Assembly: GCA_963836755.1 (NCBI GenBank)
Contig: CAWIKF010000002.1
Coordinates: 1 to 64,000 of the forward strand
Source of the DNA: an uncultured Verrucomicrobiae bacterium
GTDB lineage: Bacteria; Verrucomicrobiota; Verrucomicrobiia; Chthoniobacterales; Chthoniobacteraceae
Length of the DNA stretch: 64,000 bases
Direction of reading: 5' to 3'
Part shown: in pieces, positions 37,689-46,422 of the stretch
Layout of the letters: each line of letters opens with the position of its first letter
Position numbering within the stretch: the stretch's first letter is position 1
The notes under the pieces: model-generated
Seen by the model: the letters and a program-made list of their open reading frames with translations, nothing else
Database searches by the model: none
What the model was told of the DNA's origin: nothing
Translations under genes and position numbers: made by a program

Positions 37689-38794
37689 TCACAGCACTGG
37701 CCATCGTCAGCTGCATCTTCGCGCTGATTCCCGCGGCGCTCTTCGTGCAAAATCTCGCACTTTACCTTCCACTGCCGGCCGCGGACGCCGTGCGCCGCCG
37801 CTGCTCCGTGCTCATCCCCGCGCGCAATGAAGAAGCAAACATCGCTGCCGCGCTGGAATCGATCCTCAGGAGCGAAGGCGTGAATTTTGAAATCGTGGTT
37901 CTCGACGACGGCTCGACCGATCGCACCGCCGAAATCGTGCGAAACTTTTGCTCGCACGATTCGCGAGTTCGACTCGGGAGCGCGAAGCCGCTGCCGCCTC
38001 GCTGGTGCGGAAAAAATTTTGCATGCCAACAGCTCGCGGCTTTCGCTTCGCACCCGCTGCTCGTTTTCATGGATGCCGATGTGCGCATCGCAAAACCGGA
38101 CGCACTCGCGAGGCTCGCGAGCCTCATGCAAAGCGGCCCCGCGCTCGCCAGCGGACTGCCGCGCGAGGAGACCATTGGCTTGACGGAAAAGCTCATCATC
38201 CCGCTCATTCATTTTGTGCTGCTCGGATTTCTGCCGCTGCAGCGGATGCGCGCCGGAAGCGATCCGCGCTTCGCCGCCGCGTGCGGACAAATCCTCGCCG
38301 TGCGCCGCGAAGCTTACGAGCAAATCGGCGGTCACGCATCGGTGGCCGATCGGATGCACGATGCCGTCGCGCTCGCACGCCACTTTCGCGCGCACGGTTT
38401 CAGAACGGATCTCTTTGACGCGACCGATACCTTTCGTTGCCGCATGTATCGGAGCGCTGCGGAAGTTTGGCATGGCTTTGCGAAAAATGCGCACGAGGGT
38501 CTTGCCGCGCCGCGCCTAATTATTCCCGCGACCGTGCTGCTGCTCGGCGGCCAGGTGCTGCCGATTTGCCTGCTAATGTTCGCGCCGTCGATGCCCGCGC
38601 TCATTGCGACAGCGGCCGCGTATCTTCCACGCATCATCAGCATCACGCGCTTTCGCCAATCCATCATGGGCGCGCTGCTGCATCCGCTCGGCATCTGGGT
38701 GCTCGTTGCGATTCAATGGTTCGGGTTCATCCGCTCGCTGCGCCAGCGGCCGGCCATGTGGAAAGGCCGCGCGTATTCTGCAGCAAGCGCGTAG
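37685..38794 (+). CDS. crtQ: GT2 glycosyltransferase, CrtQ-like
   Basis: SVLIPARNEE, DDGSTD, WCGKNFAC, DAD and CRMY motifs; last gene of the C30 operon. Confidence 0.75.
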   Translation: MITALAIVSCIFALIPAALFVQNLALYLPLPAADAVRRRCSVLIPARNEEANIAAALESILRSEGVNFEIVVLDDGSTDRTAEIVRNFCSHDSRVRLGSAKPLPPRWCGKNFACQQLAAFASHPLLVFMDADVRIAKPDALARLASLMQSGPALASGLPREETIGLTEKLIIPLIHFVLLGFLPLQRMRAGSDPRFAAACGQILAVRREAYEQIGGHASVADRMHDAVALARHFRAHGFRTDLFDATDTFRCRMYRSAAEVWHGFAKNAHEGLAAPRLIIPATVLLLGGQVLPICLLMFAPSMPALIATAAAYLPRIISITRFRQSIMGALLHPLGIWVLVAIQWFGFIRSLRQRPAMWKGRAYSAASA

Positions 38795-38804
38795 ACCAAT
38801 CGCC

Positions 38805-38832
38805 CGTAACCCTGTGTTCATCAGGGTTTACG
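38805..38832. terminator. Hairpin between convergent crtQ and tRNA-Tyr
   Basis: cgtaaccctg-tgttcat-cagggtttacg imperfect inverted repeat. Confidence 0.45.
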
Positions 38833-38834
38833 AG

Positions 38835-38919
38835 TGGTGGGCAGGGTTGGATTCGAACCAACGAAGGCAATGCCAGCGGATTTACAGTCCGCCCCGTTTG
38901 GCCACTCCGGAACCTACCC
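38835..38919 (-). tRNA. tRNA-Tyr(GTA), CCA encoded
   Basis: Reverse complement GGGTAGGTTCCGGAGTGGCCAAACGGGGCGGACTGTAAATCCGCTGGCATTGCCTTCGTTGGTTCGAATCCAACCCTGCCCACCA, with a long variable arm. Confidence 0.96.
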
Positions 38920-39018
38920 TATCGCTCGCGAAATTTCGGCGCGCTTCGCAGCCGCTTTCGGAAACAGGACTCGGATTTATAGCCGCGTTTGCCAGCGGCG
39001 CAAGCGATTCCTTTCGCG

Positions 39019-39594
39019 CTAATTCCGCGTCTCGAGCTTGATCGATTTGATCCTGATCGGGTTGATCGGATTATCGTTCGTGTCGGCCGGCGCACTGCTG
39101 ATTTTGTCGAGCACGTCCATGCCATCAATCACGTGACCGAAGACGGTGTATTGGCCGTCGAGATTTGGCATCGGCTTCAGGCAAACGTAAAACTGGCTGC
39201 CGCTGGATCGCCGCGCCGGATTAATCGTGTCGGGCAGGCGCGACATCGCGACGGCGCCGGCGATGTGCTTGCGATGAATCTCCGGCGGCAATGTGTAGCC
39301 GGGGCCGCCGGTGCCGACTTTGCCGCGGTTTTTTTTCAGGCTCAGCGGGTCGCCGGCCTGCACGAGCGAGTGTGCGAAGACTCGATGAAAGCTGATGTTC
39401 TTGTAAAAACCGTGTCGCGCGAGTTTCTTGAAATTCGCCACTGTTTCCGGCGCATCCTGGTCGTAAAACCCGATCACCACGTGCGAAAGTTTTTTCTCGC
39501 CGGGCATTTTGATGTTCAGCACCGCGACGTCTTCGGCGAACGCCGCGCTTGCCAGCGCCGCGATGGTGATGAGGCTGAGAAAAATTGCTTTCAT
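39019..39594 (-). CDS. Periplasmic cyclophilin-type peptidyl-prolyl isomerase
   Basis: APETVANF, FHRV, QAGDP, GSQFY and LDGQYTVFG motifs; signal peptide. Confidence 0.92.
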   Translation of the reverse strand: MKAIFLSLITIAALASAAFAEDVAVLNIKMPGEKKLSHVVIGFYDQDAPETVANFKKLARHGFYKNISFHRVFAHSLVQAGDPLSLKKNRGKVGTGGPGYTLPPEIHRKHIAGAVAMSRLPDTINPARRSSGSQFYVCLKPMPNLDGQYTVFGHVIDGMDVLDKISSAPADTNDNPINPIRIKSIKLETRN

Positions 39595-40508
39595 AAAATC
39601 AAGGGCAGCTCGCGGACTTCAATTTCGCGCGCCGTCCCATCGCCGGCACGCGCATGGCAGCTGGCCGCATCGACGCCGCGCTTGAGATAGCCGAGCGCGG
39701 CAAATTTTTCCAAGCCAAAACTCCAGGTCGCGCTCGTCAATCTTCCAACGACCTTTGCGGAATCTTCCGAAAAAATCTCCATTCCTGCGGCAAGCGGAGC
39801 GGCAGAAACCAATCCGCGCAGCGTGCGATTCACATGGCCGACGCTCTGGATGCGCGAAATAACTTCCTGTCCGATGTAGCAACCTTTGTGAAAATCCACA
39901 GCGGTCCGGTCGAGTCCGGCCTCGGCTGGAATCGTCTCCTCATCAAGCTCCGCGCCCCATCGCGGCACGCCGGCCTCAATGCGAATCGTCTCGGACAAAA
40001 CATCGTCGAGCAGGACAAAGATGGCGGAAAGTCGCTGCAAAAGTTCCTCGCGCCGCATCACTGGAATGAGCAAATCTACGCCGGCCGCGCCAAAACGGTC
40101 TGCAGCCGTTTGTTCAATATCCGCAGCGAGCGACCTGGAAAGCTTTTCTGGTTCCGCGAGCACGTGCAGCAGGCACATTTCGCCGGTCACGTCCTCGATG
40201 ACGACGTCATCCGCGACAATGTAACGCTCGAGCCGCGGGGGAAGACTTTCGCGCAGCGTCGGCTCCGCATCGATCCAAAGAAAATCGGGCTCGGCGCCGA
40301 GAAAAATCTCCCCAGACATCTTGCCTTTCGCAGTCATCACGCAAGCGCGCATCATCTGCCCGGGCGCGAGTTTGCGCACATCGTTGCTCACCTGCCCGTT
40401 CATGAAACGGACGCGATCCGCGCCGCTCACGCGCCATTGCGCACGCGCGGAAAGATCGAAAATTGCGCCGCGTTTTTTCGCTTCGCGGTAAAGTTCTGCG
40501 CGCTCCAT
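39591..40508 (-). CDS. ygfZ: YgfZ/GcvT family folate-binding protein
   Basis: KGCYIGQE signature motif. Confidence 0.88.
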   Translation of the reverse strand: MERAELYREAKKRGAIFDLSARAQWRVSGADRVRFMNGQVSNDVRKLAPGQMMRACVMTAKGKMSGEIFLGAEPDFLWIDAEPTLRESLPPRLERYIVADDVVIEDVTGEMCLLHVLAEPEKLSRSLAADIEQTAADRFGAAGVDLLIPVMRREELLQRLSAIFVLLDDVLSETIRIEAGVPRWGAELDEETIPAEAGLDRTAVDFHKGCYIGQEVISRIQSVGHVNRTLRGLVSAAPLAAGMEIFSEDSAKVVGRLTSATWSFGLEKFAALGYLKRGVDAASCHARAGDGTAREIEVRELPLIL

Positions 40509-40520
40509 TCGCCGCGCGAC

Positions 40521-41717
40521 TCAGTCCGGGTTTGTGCCAAGCCAGCGGCGAAAACGGTGCAGCCGATTTTTTTGCGCGGCCACTTCCGGCTGCTGCGGTT
40601 CGGCGATTTTTTCCTCTGGCGACGCTTCCTTTTTTTCCGGCGACGAGCCGTTTTTCGGTAGCTGAGATTGGTCTTTGTCCGCTGTTTTTGGCTCCGTGGA
40701 AATGACGGTCGCCGCAATTTCCAGCGTCTCGCCTGCCTCCTGCCGCGGTGGCGCGGCCATGTGGCTGAGCGTTTCTTTCGGCGGTTCGGTCTCGACCGGC
40801 TTCGATGCTTCCTCCGGCTGCTTCAGCTGGGCTGGCGGATTCTCTTTTCGCGGCGGCGCGAGATCTTTTTCGGATTCGTAAATCTTCGCGATTGCCGCGA
40901 AATCGAGATCGGCCCAGCCGCGATTCAGGCCTCCAAACATCACGCCGGCGGTCGCCGTGGTCGCTGGGATGTCGATCTCCAGCGCGTTCGCGATATGGAT
41001 GCCGATCTGCACGTCTTTAAACATGTGTTTCAGCGAAAAATGCGGTTCGAAGTCGCGATGGATGATCTTGTTCAGCTTCATGTCGATCAGCCCGGAGCGC
41101 GCGCCGTGATGCTCCATCGCGTCGGCGAAAACCTCGGCGGAAATTCCGGACTTTTTCACAATCGCAATCGCTTCGGACAGCGTCTGCACCGTCACTGCGG
41201 CGAGCATGTTCGTCGCGATTTTTACCGTGGCCGCGTCGCCGATTTTCCCGATTTTGACAATCTCTTTGCTGCTCGCCTTGAGCATCGGTTCGGCGCGGCG
41301 AAAGACTTCATCGTCGCCTCCGATGTAATAGACGAGCTGCCGATTTTCGGCGGCTGCCTTGCTGCCGGTGAACGGCGCGTCGAGAAATTTTGCGCCCGAT
41401 CCTTGGACAAGCCGCGCTGCTTCCAGAACCGCCTCCGGGCCGATGGTCGCGTTGCAAATAATCACGTGCTGCTCGGTCAAAAGTCCGCTCATCGCGTCGA
41501 GCACCTCGAAAAGCGCCTGCGCGTCGGAGACGAAGATTTGAATCACATCGCACAGCTCCGCCACGTCGGCCGGTGAGCTCAGGAAATTCGGAGCAGCGCG
41601 CGGCGTGCGGTTCCAGACGTAAACGTGAAATCCGCCGTGCCGCAGTGCATTCGCGACGCGTGAGCCGATGATGCCCAGCCCGATCAGTCCGACGTTTTTG
41701 CGAGATTTGCGCGGCAT
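40521..41717 (-). CDS. NAD(P)-dependent beta-hydroxyacid dehydrogenase with disordered C-terminal tail
   Basis: IGLGIIG, VWNRT, DAPFTGS, K..TN and F.LKHMFKD motifs; start placed at the ATG at 41717. Confidence 0.85.
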   Translation of the reverse strand: MPRKSRKNVGLIGLGIIGSRVANALRHGGFHVYVWNRTPRAAPNFLSSPADVAELCDVIQIFVSDAQALFEVLDAMSGLLTEQHVIICNATIGPEAVLEAARLVQGSGAKFLDAPFTGSKAAAENRQLVYYIGGDDEVFRRAEPMLKASSKEIVKIGKIGDAATVKIATNMLAAVTVQTLSEAIAIVKKSGISAEVFADAMEHHGARSGLIDMKLNKIIHRDFEPHFSLKHMFKDVQIGIHIANALEIDIPATTATAGVMFGGLNRGWADLDFAAIAKIYESEKDLAPPRKENPPAQLKQPEEASKPVETEPPKETLSHMAAPPRQEAGETLEIAATVISTEPKTADKDQSQLPKNGSSPEKKEASPEEKIAEPQQPEVAAQKNRLHRFRRWLGTNPD

Positions 41718-41897
41718 GCGTTCATTGAAGCGCGTTGACGTAACGGGAGCGACTTTTTTTGAAAGAAAAATCGGCCTGTGGCGGTCGCGAACGGCTCGCG
41801 GCAAAATTTCACCCGCACTTTGAAAACATACTGGCACGACCTTTTCGGATCGTGCCAGTCAATGCGTTAACCGCTGTTTTTAAAGTTCAGCTTGCGA

Positions 41898-43601
41898 CTA
41901 TTGCCCCGGCTGTTCGTCCTTTTTCTTTCCGTCGCCTGTCGGGTTCCGCGATTCATTCCTTCCCGAAACAGCTCCCTGTCTCGGCGCGATGGCCGGTTGA
42001 TTCTGCGGCTCGCGAATGTGCTCCACAGACTTTGACGGTGCCTCGACCGGCTCGATCCTGCGTTCGCGGCCATTATTTGGGATTGTCACCTGGCGCTGAG
42101 CGTTTCGCTCTGCGTGGCCCTGATAATTCGGCTGTTCCGGCGCCGTCAAAGTTTGCTGCACGTTTTCGTGCTTCGGCTGGATGTCGCGCGGAATTGCGGT
42201 TTGAGTCGGCGCCGCGTTGAAAGGCTGCGTTTCGGGAGCGGTCCTCAGTTTTTCTCTCGAATGCGGCTCAGTCGGGGTCGCCGGAATCGCCTGCTGGCTG
42301 CTCACATTTGCTGGGAATTTTTCGTGCTTCGGCTGGATGTCGCGTGGAATTACAGTTTGAGTCGGCGCTGCGTTGAAAGGCTGTGTTTCAGGAGCTGCCC
42401 TGACCTTTTCTTTTAAATGCGGCTGCGAGATCGTCTGCTGGCTGCTCACATCTGCTGGGACTTTTTCTTGCTGATGGTTGCCTTGACGGACGTTTGTGGT
42501 GTTCGCAGGCGCCATGCTTTCCGGAGACGCGACATTGGGCGAAGTCGTCGTGACACCGCGATCATTTCTTCCATGCTTGCCGCTTTGCGCATTCGTCGGA
42601 ACAGACGTCGCCGCCGCAGAACTCGCCTGGATTCTTTGATCTACTGCTTTCAAATCCTCCGGAGCCACGGCGCGTGCAGGTGTGTTTTCATGGCCGCTCG
42701 CCTGCTGCTTGATCTTGGTCTGAAGCTGCGTCTTCAACGCGGGATCTTTCACGCCCATCCACCCGTGATCGACGTGCGGGGCGCTGATGCTACGTGCAGG
42801 CTTGGGCAGCTTCGTATTCGGACTAGCTGGAGTAACTTCCGGCGCGAGCACGACGAGCTGATTCCCACTCTGGCGTGCGAGCGTCCGCGTTCCTGCCGAT
42901 TGCAGAGCAGCCGGATCCGTCTCGCGACGCAAATGCAGCACCTGCACCGGCCGCGCCGATCTCTGCTCCACGGTGCGGAACCGCGGGCCGCCGACATAGA
43001 TCGCGTTCGTGGTGTGGTTGATGGTGATGTTCGTGATGTTCACCGAGTTATCGATAATGGTGACATTGCGGCTTCGGGTGATGATTACGGGCCGAAGCGA
43101 GGGCGCGCCGAAGTTTCGATATTCGCAAAAACTATAGTAGGCCGGACCTATATCGTATTCAGCATCGACGCTGTCATTGAACCCGTAGTCTGGCCGGAAC
43201 CGTGCACGCGGCGGCAGCGGAGCCCAGCCGATATAATCATCGCTCGACCTCCACGAGACCCATGCCGGCGCCCACTCATAATCCGGAACCCAGCACCAAC
43301 CGATATCCTCGAGACGCATCCAGCGGCCATAGTGATAGGTAATGCCGCCAAAGTCCTCGTAGGAAACCCACGTCCAGCCTTCATCCGTGTAAGCCCAGTA
43401 ACCATCGGTATAGGGCGCCCAATCTTCATCCACGCCATTCGGATGCCAGCAATAGCCGTAGTCCGGGACATCGATCCACTCGCCGTAAGGCTGAAGGTTA
43501 TCGTAGAAAAAATCGAAGGAGACTCGCGCCTGGGCGCGCATAGCGCCGCAAAAAAACGCGCTCAAGACGACCAGGAGAACAAAGGGCTTAAAAGTTTTCA
43601 T
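41898..43601 (-). CDS. Secreted DUF6600-like (YXWGXW-type repeat) protein with P/T/S/Q-rich tail
   Basis: FYDNLQPYGEW, PYTDGYW, YHYGRW and WAPAWVSWR motifs; signal peptide. Confidence 0.8.
   Translation of the reverse strand: MKTFKPFVLLVVLSAFFCGAMRAQARVSFDFFYDNLQPYGEWIDVPDYGYCWHPNGVDEDWAPYTDGYWAYTDEGWTWVSYEDFGGITYHYGRWMRLEDIGWCWVPDYEWAPAWVSWRSSDDYIGWAPLPPRARFRPDYGFNDSVDAEYDIGPAYYSFCEYRNFGAPSLRPVIITRSRNVTIIDNSVNITNITINHTTNAIYVGGPRFRTVEQRSARPVQVLHLRRETDPAALQSAGTRTLARQSGNQLVVLAPEVTPASPNTKLPKPARSISAPHVDHGWMGVKDPALKTQLQTKIKQQASGHENTPARAVAPEDLKAVDQRIQASSAAATSVPTNAQSGKHGRNDRGVTTTSPNVASPESMAPANTTNVRQGNHQQEKVPADVSSQQTISQPHLKEKVRAAPETQPFNAAPTQTVIPRDIQPKHEKFPANVSSQQAIPATPTEPHSREKLRTAPETQPFNAAPTQTAIPRDIQPKHENVQQTLTAPEQPNYQGHAERNAQRQVTIPNNGRERRIEPVEAPSKSVEHIREPQNQPAIAPRQGAVSGRNESRNPTGDGKKKDEQPGQ
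42163..42461. repeat. Intragenic tandem duplication of about 150 bp
   Basis: ttttcgtgcttcggctggatgtcgcg...gcgttgaaaggctg...tgctggctgctcacat occurs at about 42163 and 42319. Confidence 0.85.
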
Positions 43602-43729
43602 AGTTTATCGGTAAAGCTTCAGACCGTTTTACACGAATTTCCATTCACTAAAACTGTCGCCATCTCAGATATCGTAGCGAGCGAATGAATCGGTTCGCTT
43701 TCGCTGCGGCGATTAATGCGCCGCCGGCA

Positions 43730-45826
43730 TCAAAGCGCAGGAGCCTGCTCCACAACACTTTTGCGCAATTCCTCAGCCCTTGCCATGGCGCGGCCAGATT
43801 CCGCAGTGCGATCCAGCCTTTGGAGGATCGACGCCAGAGCCACATACTGCAAAGGTTGATTCGGATCGCGCTGAACCGCCTCACTTTCATAGTGAAAGGC
43901 TTCTTCTGGATGATTGAGAGCCATGTGGATCATCGCCATCTTATGCAGAGGCTCGACGCCGTGAATGTCCAGCCGACTGGCATCTTGGAAGGTAGAAAGC
44001 GCCGCTTCATTTTGCCCCGCTGAAAGGTATAGGTTGCCCAGCATCATGTGCGCGTCGTAGTCCCACCAACCTTGATCCGTGTAGGACTTGACTATTTTTA
44101 AAGCCTCGTTCGTTCCACTTTTTTCTCGGACGATAGTCGTTTTGAAGCGAAGCAGATCCCACACGCCGGGATAGCGTTTGATTGCATCATCGAGGACACT
44201 CAAAGCTTCGTCGGAGTTTCCCGACTCATAGCGCAAGTGCGCGAAGTTTAGCGCAGCTTTCCACGTGTTGGGAAATGATTGGGCCAACTTATCGGCTTCG
44301 GCCTTGTCGTAACCCAGATATTGCTCAGCTTCGGCCTTCTTTCCTTCCCGTGCGAGAGTCAAGCCCAAGGCTATGCGCGCACTGGCATACTCGGGAAAGC
44401 GGGACAAGGTCTCGCGCAGGATTTTTTCGGAAGTAGAGTAGTCGCCGTTCTTCATCAATGCCGCAGCTAGATTCACATGAATCCGTGGTGTTCCACCGCC
44501 ATCGGCGATCGTCCTTGTCAGAAATGTTTCCAGGTGCGCCCAATCTTGCGCACGGCGGTTCGTGCGCGCGCCGAGTCCCACGGCCGCGCAACAAACTGCG
44601 ACTGCGCACCAAAGCTGCGCTCTTACCGGCAAAGCAACGACGCAGCCGGCCAGGAACAACAAAAAGCCAATGCTTGGCATATAGATCCAATGCTCAGCCG
44701 ACTGCGCATTCAACGGGAACAAATTTGAGATAGGCGCGAAGCCAATGAAAAACCAAACGGCGCCAAGGATGCGGATGCTTTGACCGGGAAGCTTCTTTGC
44801 ACAGAGCGTCGCAAAAGATGCGAGAGTCGCCGCACCGAGTAGCGATAAGTATTCGTAAGAAAAGTTCTCTGACCATGCGCTGCCACTGGAATAAGCACTT
44901 GGAAGATAGATGATGCGCTCCATGTGCAGCTTGTAGGGAAAGAACATCAGACCTGCATAGTCACCCAAAGCACGCAACATCAAGACCACCCGCAGCGATA
45001 ATGGTGCCGCATCTCCGCCCAAAGGCGCCGAACGATGTTCCGGCAAATGTCGCAGCCCCCAGTAGACGGCGACGACTAAAAGAACTGAACCAAGGGAGAG
45101 CAGTTTATTCTGCCAGGAGATTCGCTTTTCAAAGAGGCACGTATGAATCGCGAACAAGATGATCCAGACGATCGCGATTTCCTTCGAACAAAGTGCCGTC
45201 AGACAGAAAATAAGTCCCAAAGCCGCGCAGAAACTTTTACTCAATACCGACTTTCCGTTAAGAACTGAAAACCACATCAACCATGCAGCGAGCGCGAACA
45301 TACTCGCGAGGCTATCGGCACGTCCGGAGATGTAAGCGACCGCGGCATTATGAATGGGATGGATCACCCATACCATCGCCACAAGAAACGAGATGACCTT
45401 CACGCGCGCTTCCATCTGCGCTGGCTCTGCCGCGTCCCGATCGAGCAGAGGTCTAAGCAATCGCTTTAAAACGAGATAGAGAAGGAATCCGCTCGCGGCG
45501 TGAAAGCAGACATTCGAAACATGATAGCCGAAAGAGTTCTGGTTCCAGATCCAGTAGTCGAACATGTAACTGATGTTCTGGACTGGCCGGTAATAGAGCG
45601 AAAATGAATCGAGGAAAAGATACCTGCGGAAAATTTCAAAAATGAAGATCGGGCTTTTGAAAAACGGATTGTCTCCGACCAAATAGGCATCATCCCAGAT
45701 GAATTCGCCGCTCAAAGCCGGCGCGTAGGCCGCAAACGCCGCGACCAACAATGCCACGGCGCAAAAGAACTTTTGCGCGGTTAGTTTGGAAAACTGAAAG
45801 CAGAGAAAATTCATTGCAGCGCGCAT
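43730..45826 (-). CDS. TMTC-like GT-C membrane glycosyltransferase with C-terminal TPRs
   Basis: FIWDD, YYRPV, GYHVSNV..H, HPIH.AAVAYISGRAD, SKE and AEHWIYMPS motifs, then TPR repeats. Confidence 0.8.
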   Translation of the reverse strand: MRAAMNFLCFQFSKLTAQKFFCAVALLVAAFAAYAPALSGEFIWDDAYLVGDNPFFKSPIFIFEIFRRYLFLDSFSLYYRPVQNISYMFDYWIWNQNSFGYHVSNVCFHAASGFLLYLVLKRLLRPLLDRDAAEPAQMEARVKVISFLVAMVWVIHPIHNAAVAYISGRADSLASMFALAAWLMWFSVLNGKSVLSKSFCAALGLIFCLTALCSKEIAIVWIILFAIHTCLFEKRISWQNKLLSLGSVLLVVAVYWGLRHLPEHRSAPLGGDAAPLSLRVVLMLRALGDYAGLMFFPYKLHMERIIYLPSAYSSGSAWSENFSYEYLSLLGAATLASFATLCAKKLPGQSIRILGAVWFFIGFAPISNLFPLNAQSAEHWIYMPSIGFLLFLAGCVVALPVRAQLWCAVAVCCAAVGLGARTNRRAQDWAHLETFLTRTIADGGGTPRIHVNLAAALMKNGDYSTSEKILRETLSRFPEYASARIALGLTLAREGKKAEAEQYLGYDKAEADKLAQSFPNTWKAALNFAHLRYESGNSDEALSVLDDAIKRYPGVWDLLRFKTTIVREKSGTNEALKIVKSYTDQGWWDYDAHMMLGNLYLSAGQNEAALSTFQDASRLDIHGVEPLHKMAMIHMALNHPEEAFHYESEAVQRDPNQPLQYVALASILQRLDRTAESGRAMARAEELRKSVVEQAPAL

Positions 45827-45864
45827 TGATTAAGCGAGTTCCATGCCTCGCCTCCGCGTTTCTC

Positions 45865-45923
45865 AAAAAAAACTCAAGCATCCAGTTGCCCGCCTCGGAT
45901 TCCCGAGTGGGCAACTGGATGCT
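45865..45923 (-). terminator. Intrinsic terminator downstream of the pilin gene
   Basis: 15-bp perfect stem agcatccagttgccc/gggcaactggatgct followed on the minus strand by a T8 tract. Confidence 0.8.
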
Positions 45924-45946
45924 GTTTAGGTGATTGACCGGACGGC

Positions 45947-46345
45947 TTAGTTGTAAGGCGACCAGAACGCGGCGGGCGCCACGTCGGACAAGTTGTTGAA
46001 GGTGCTCGTAGGCACTTTCGGCAAGCTGTCGACCGTGAAGGTGCCGAAGCTGTTGCCGAACATGTCGGTGCCCGTGGTATAGAGCGTCGTGCCGGCTTTG
46101 ATGTAGTTCTTGAGATCCGCAAACGTCGGGTTAGACCCGCTCAGCTTGTTGTTCTCAATCGCGTATTGATCGACGGCCGAATCAATGATTCGAAGATCTT
46201 CGAGCACGCGTGTTGCCTGTGAGCGCTTGCGTGCACGCAGGAAGTTTGGCACGGCGATTGCCGCCAGAAGGGCGATAATCGCGACCACGATCATGATTTC
46301 CACGAGGGTAAAGCCCCCGCGACGGTTGTTTAGTTTTTGTAACAT
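45947..46345 (-). CDS. Type IV pilin (prepilin with N-methylation site)
   Basis: Basic leader then G|FTLVEIMIVVAIIALLAAIAVPNF; about 121-aa mature protein, Cys-free and S/T-rich. Confidence 0.92.
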   Translation of the reverse strand: MLQKLNNRRGGFTLVEIMIVVAIIALLAAIAVPNFLRARKRSQATRVLEDLRIIDSAVDQYAIENNKLSGSNPTFADLKNYIKAGTTLYTTGTDMFGNSFGTFTVDSLPKVPTSTFNNLSDVAPAAFWSPYN

Positions 46346-46422
46346 CGTAATGTATTAGTTCGTTTGTTTTAGTATATGATTTGAAGTCCACTAACTGTGG
46401 CCTCGGCAGCTATTAAGCAGAG

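Noticed and set aside
31060..38919. Carotenoid operon as an island integrated at tRNA-Tyr
   Set aside because: No duplicate of the tRNA-Tyr 3' end and no integrase were found.
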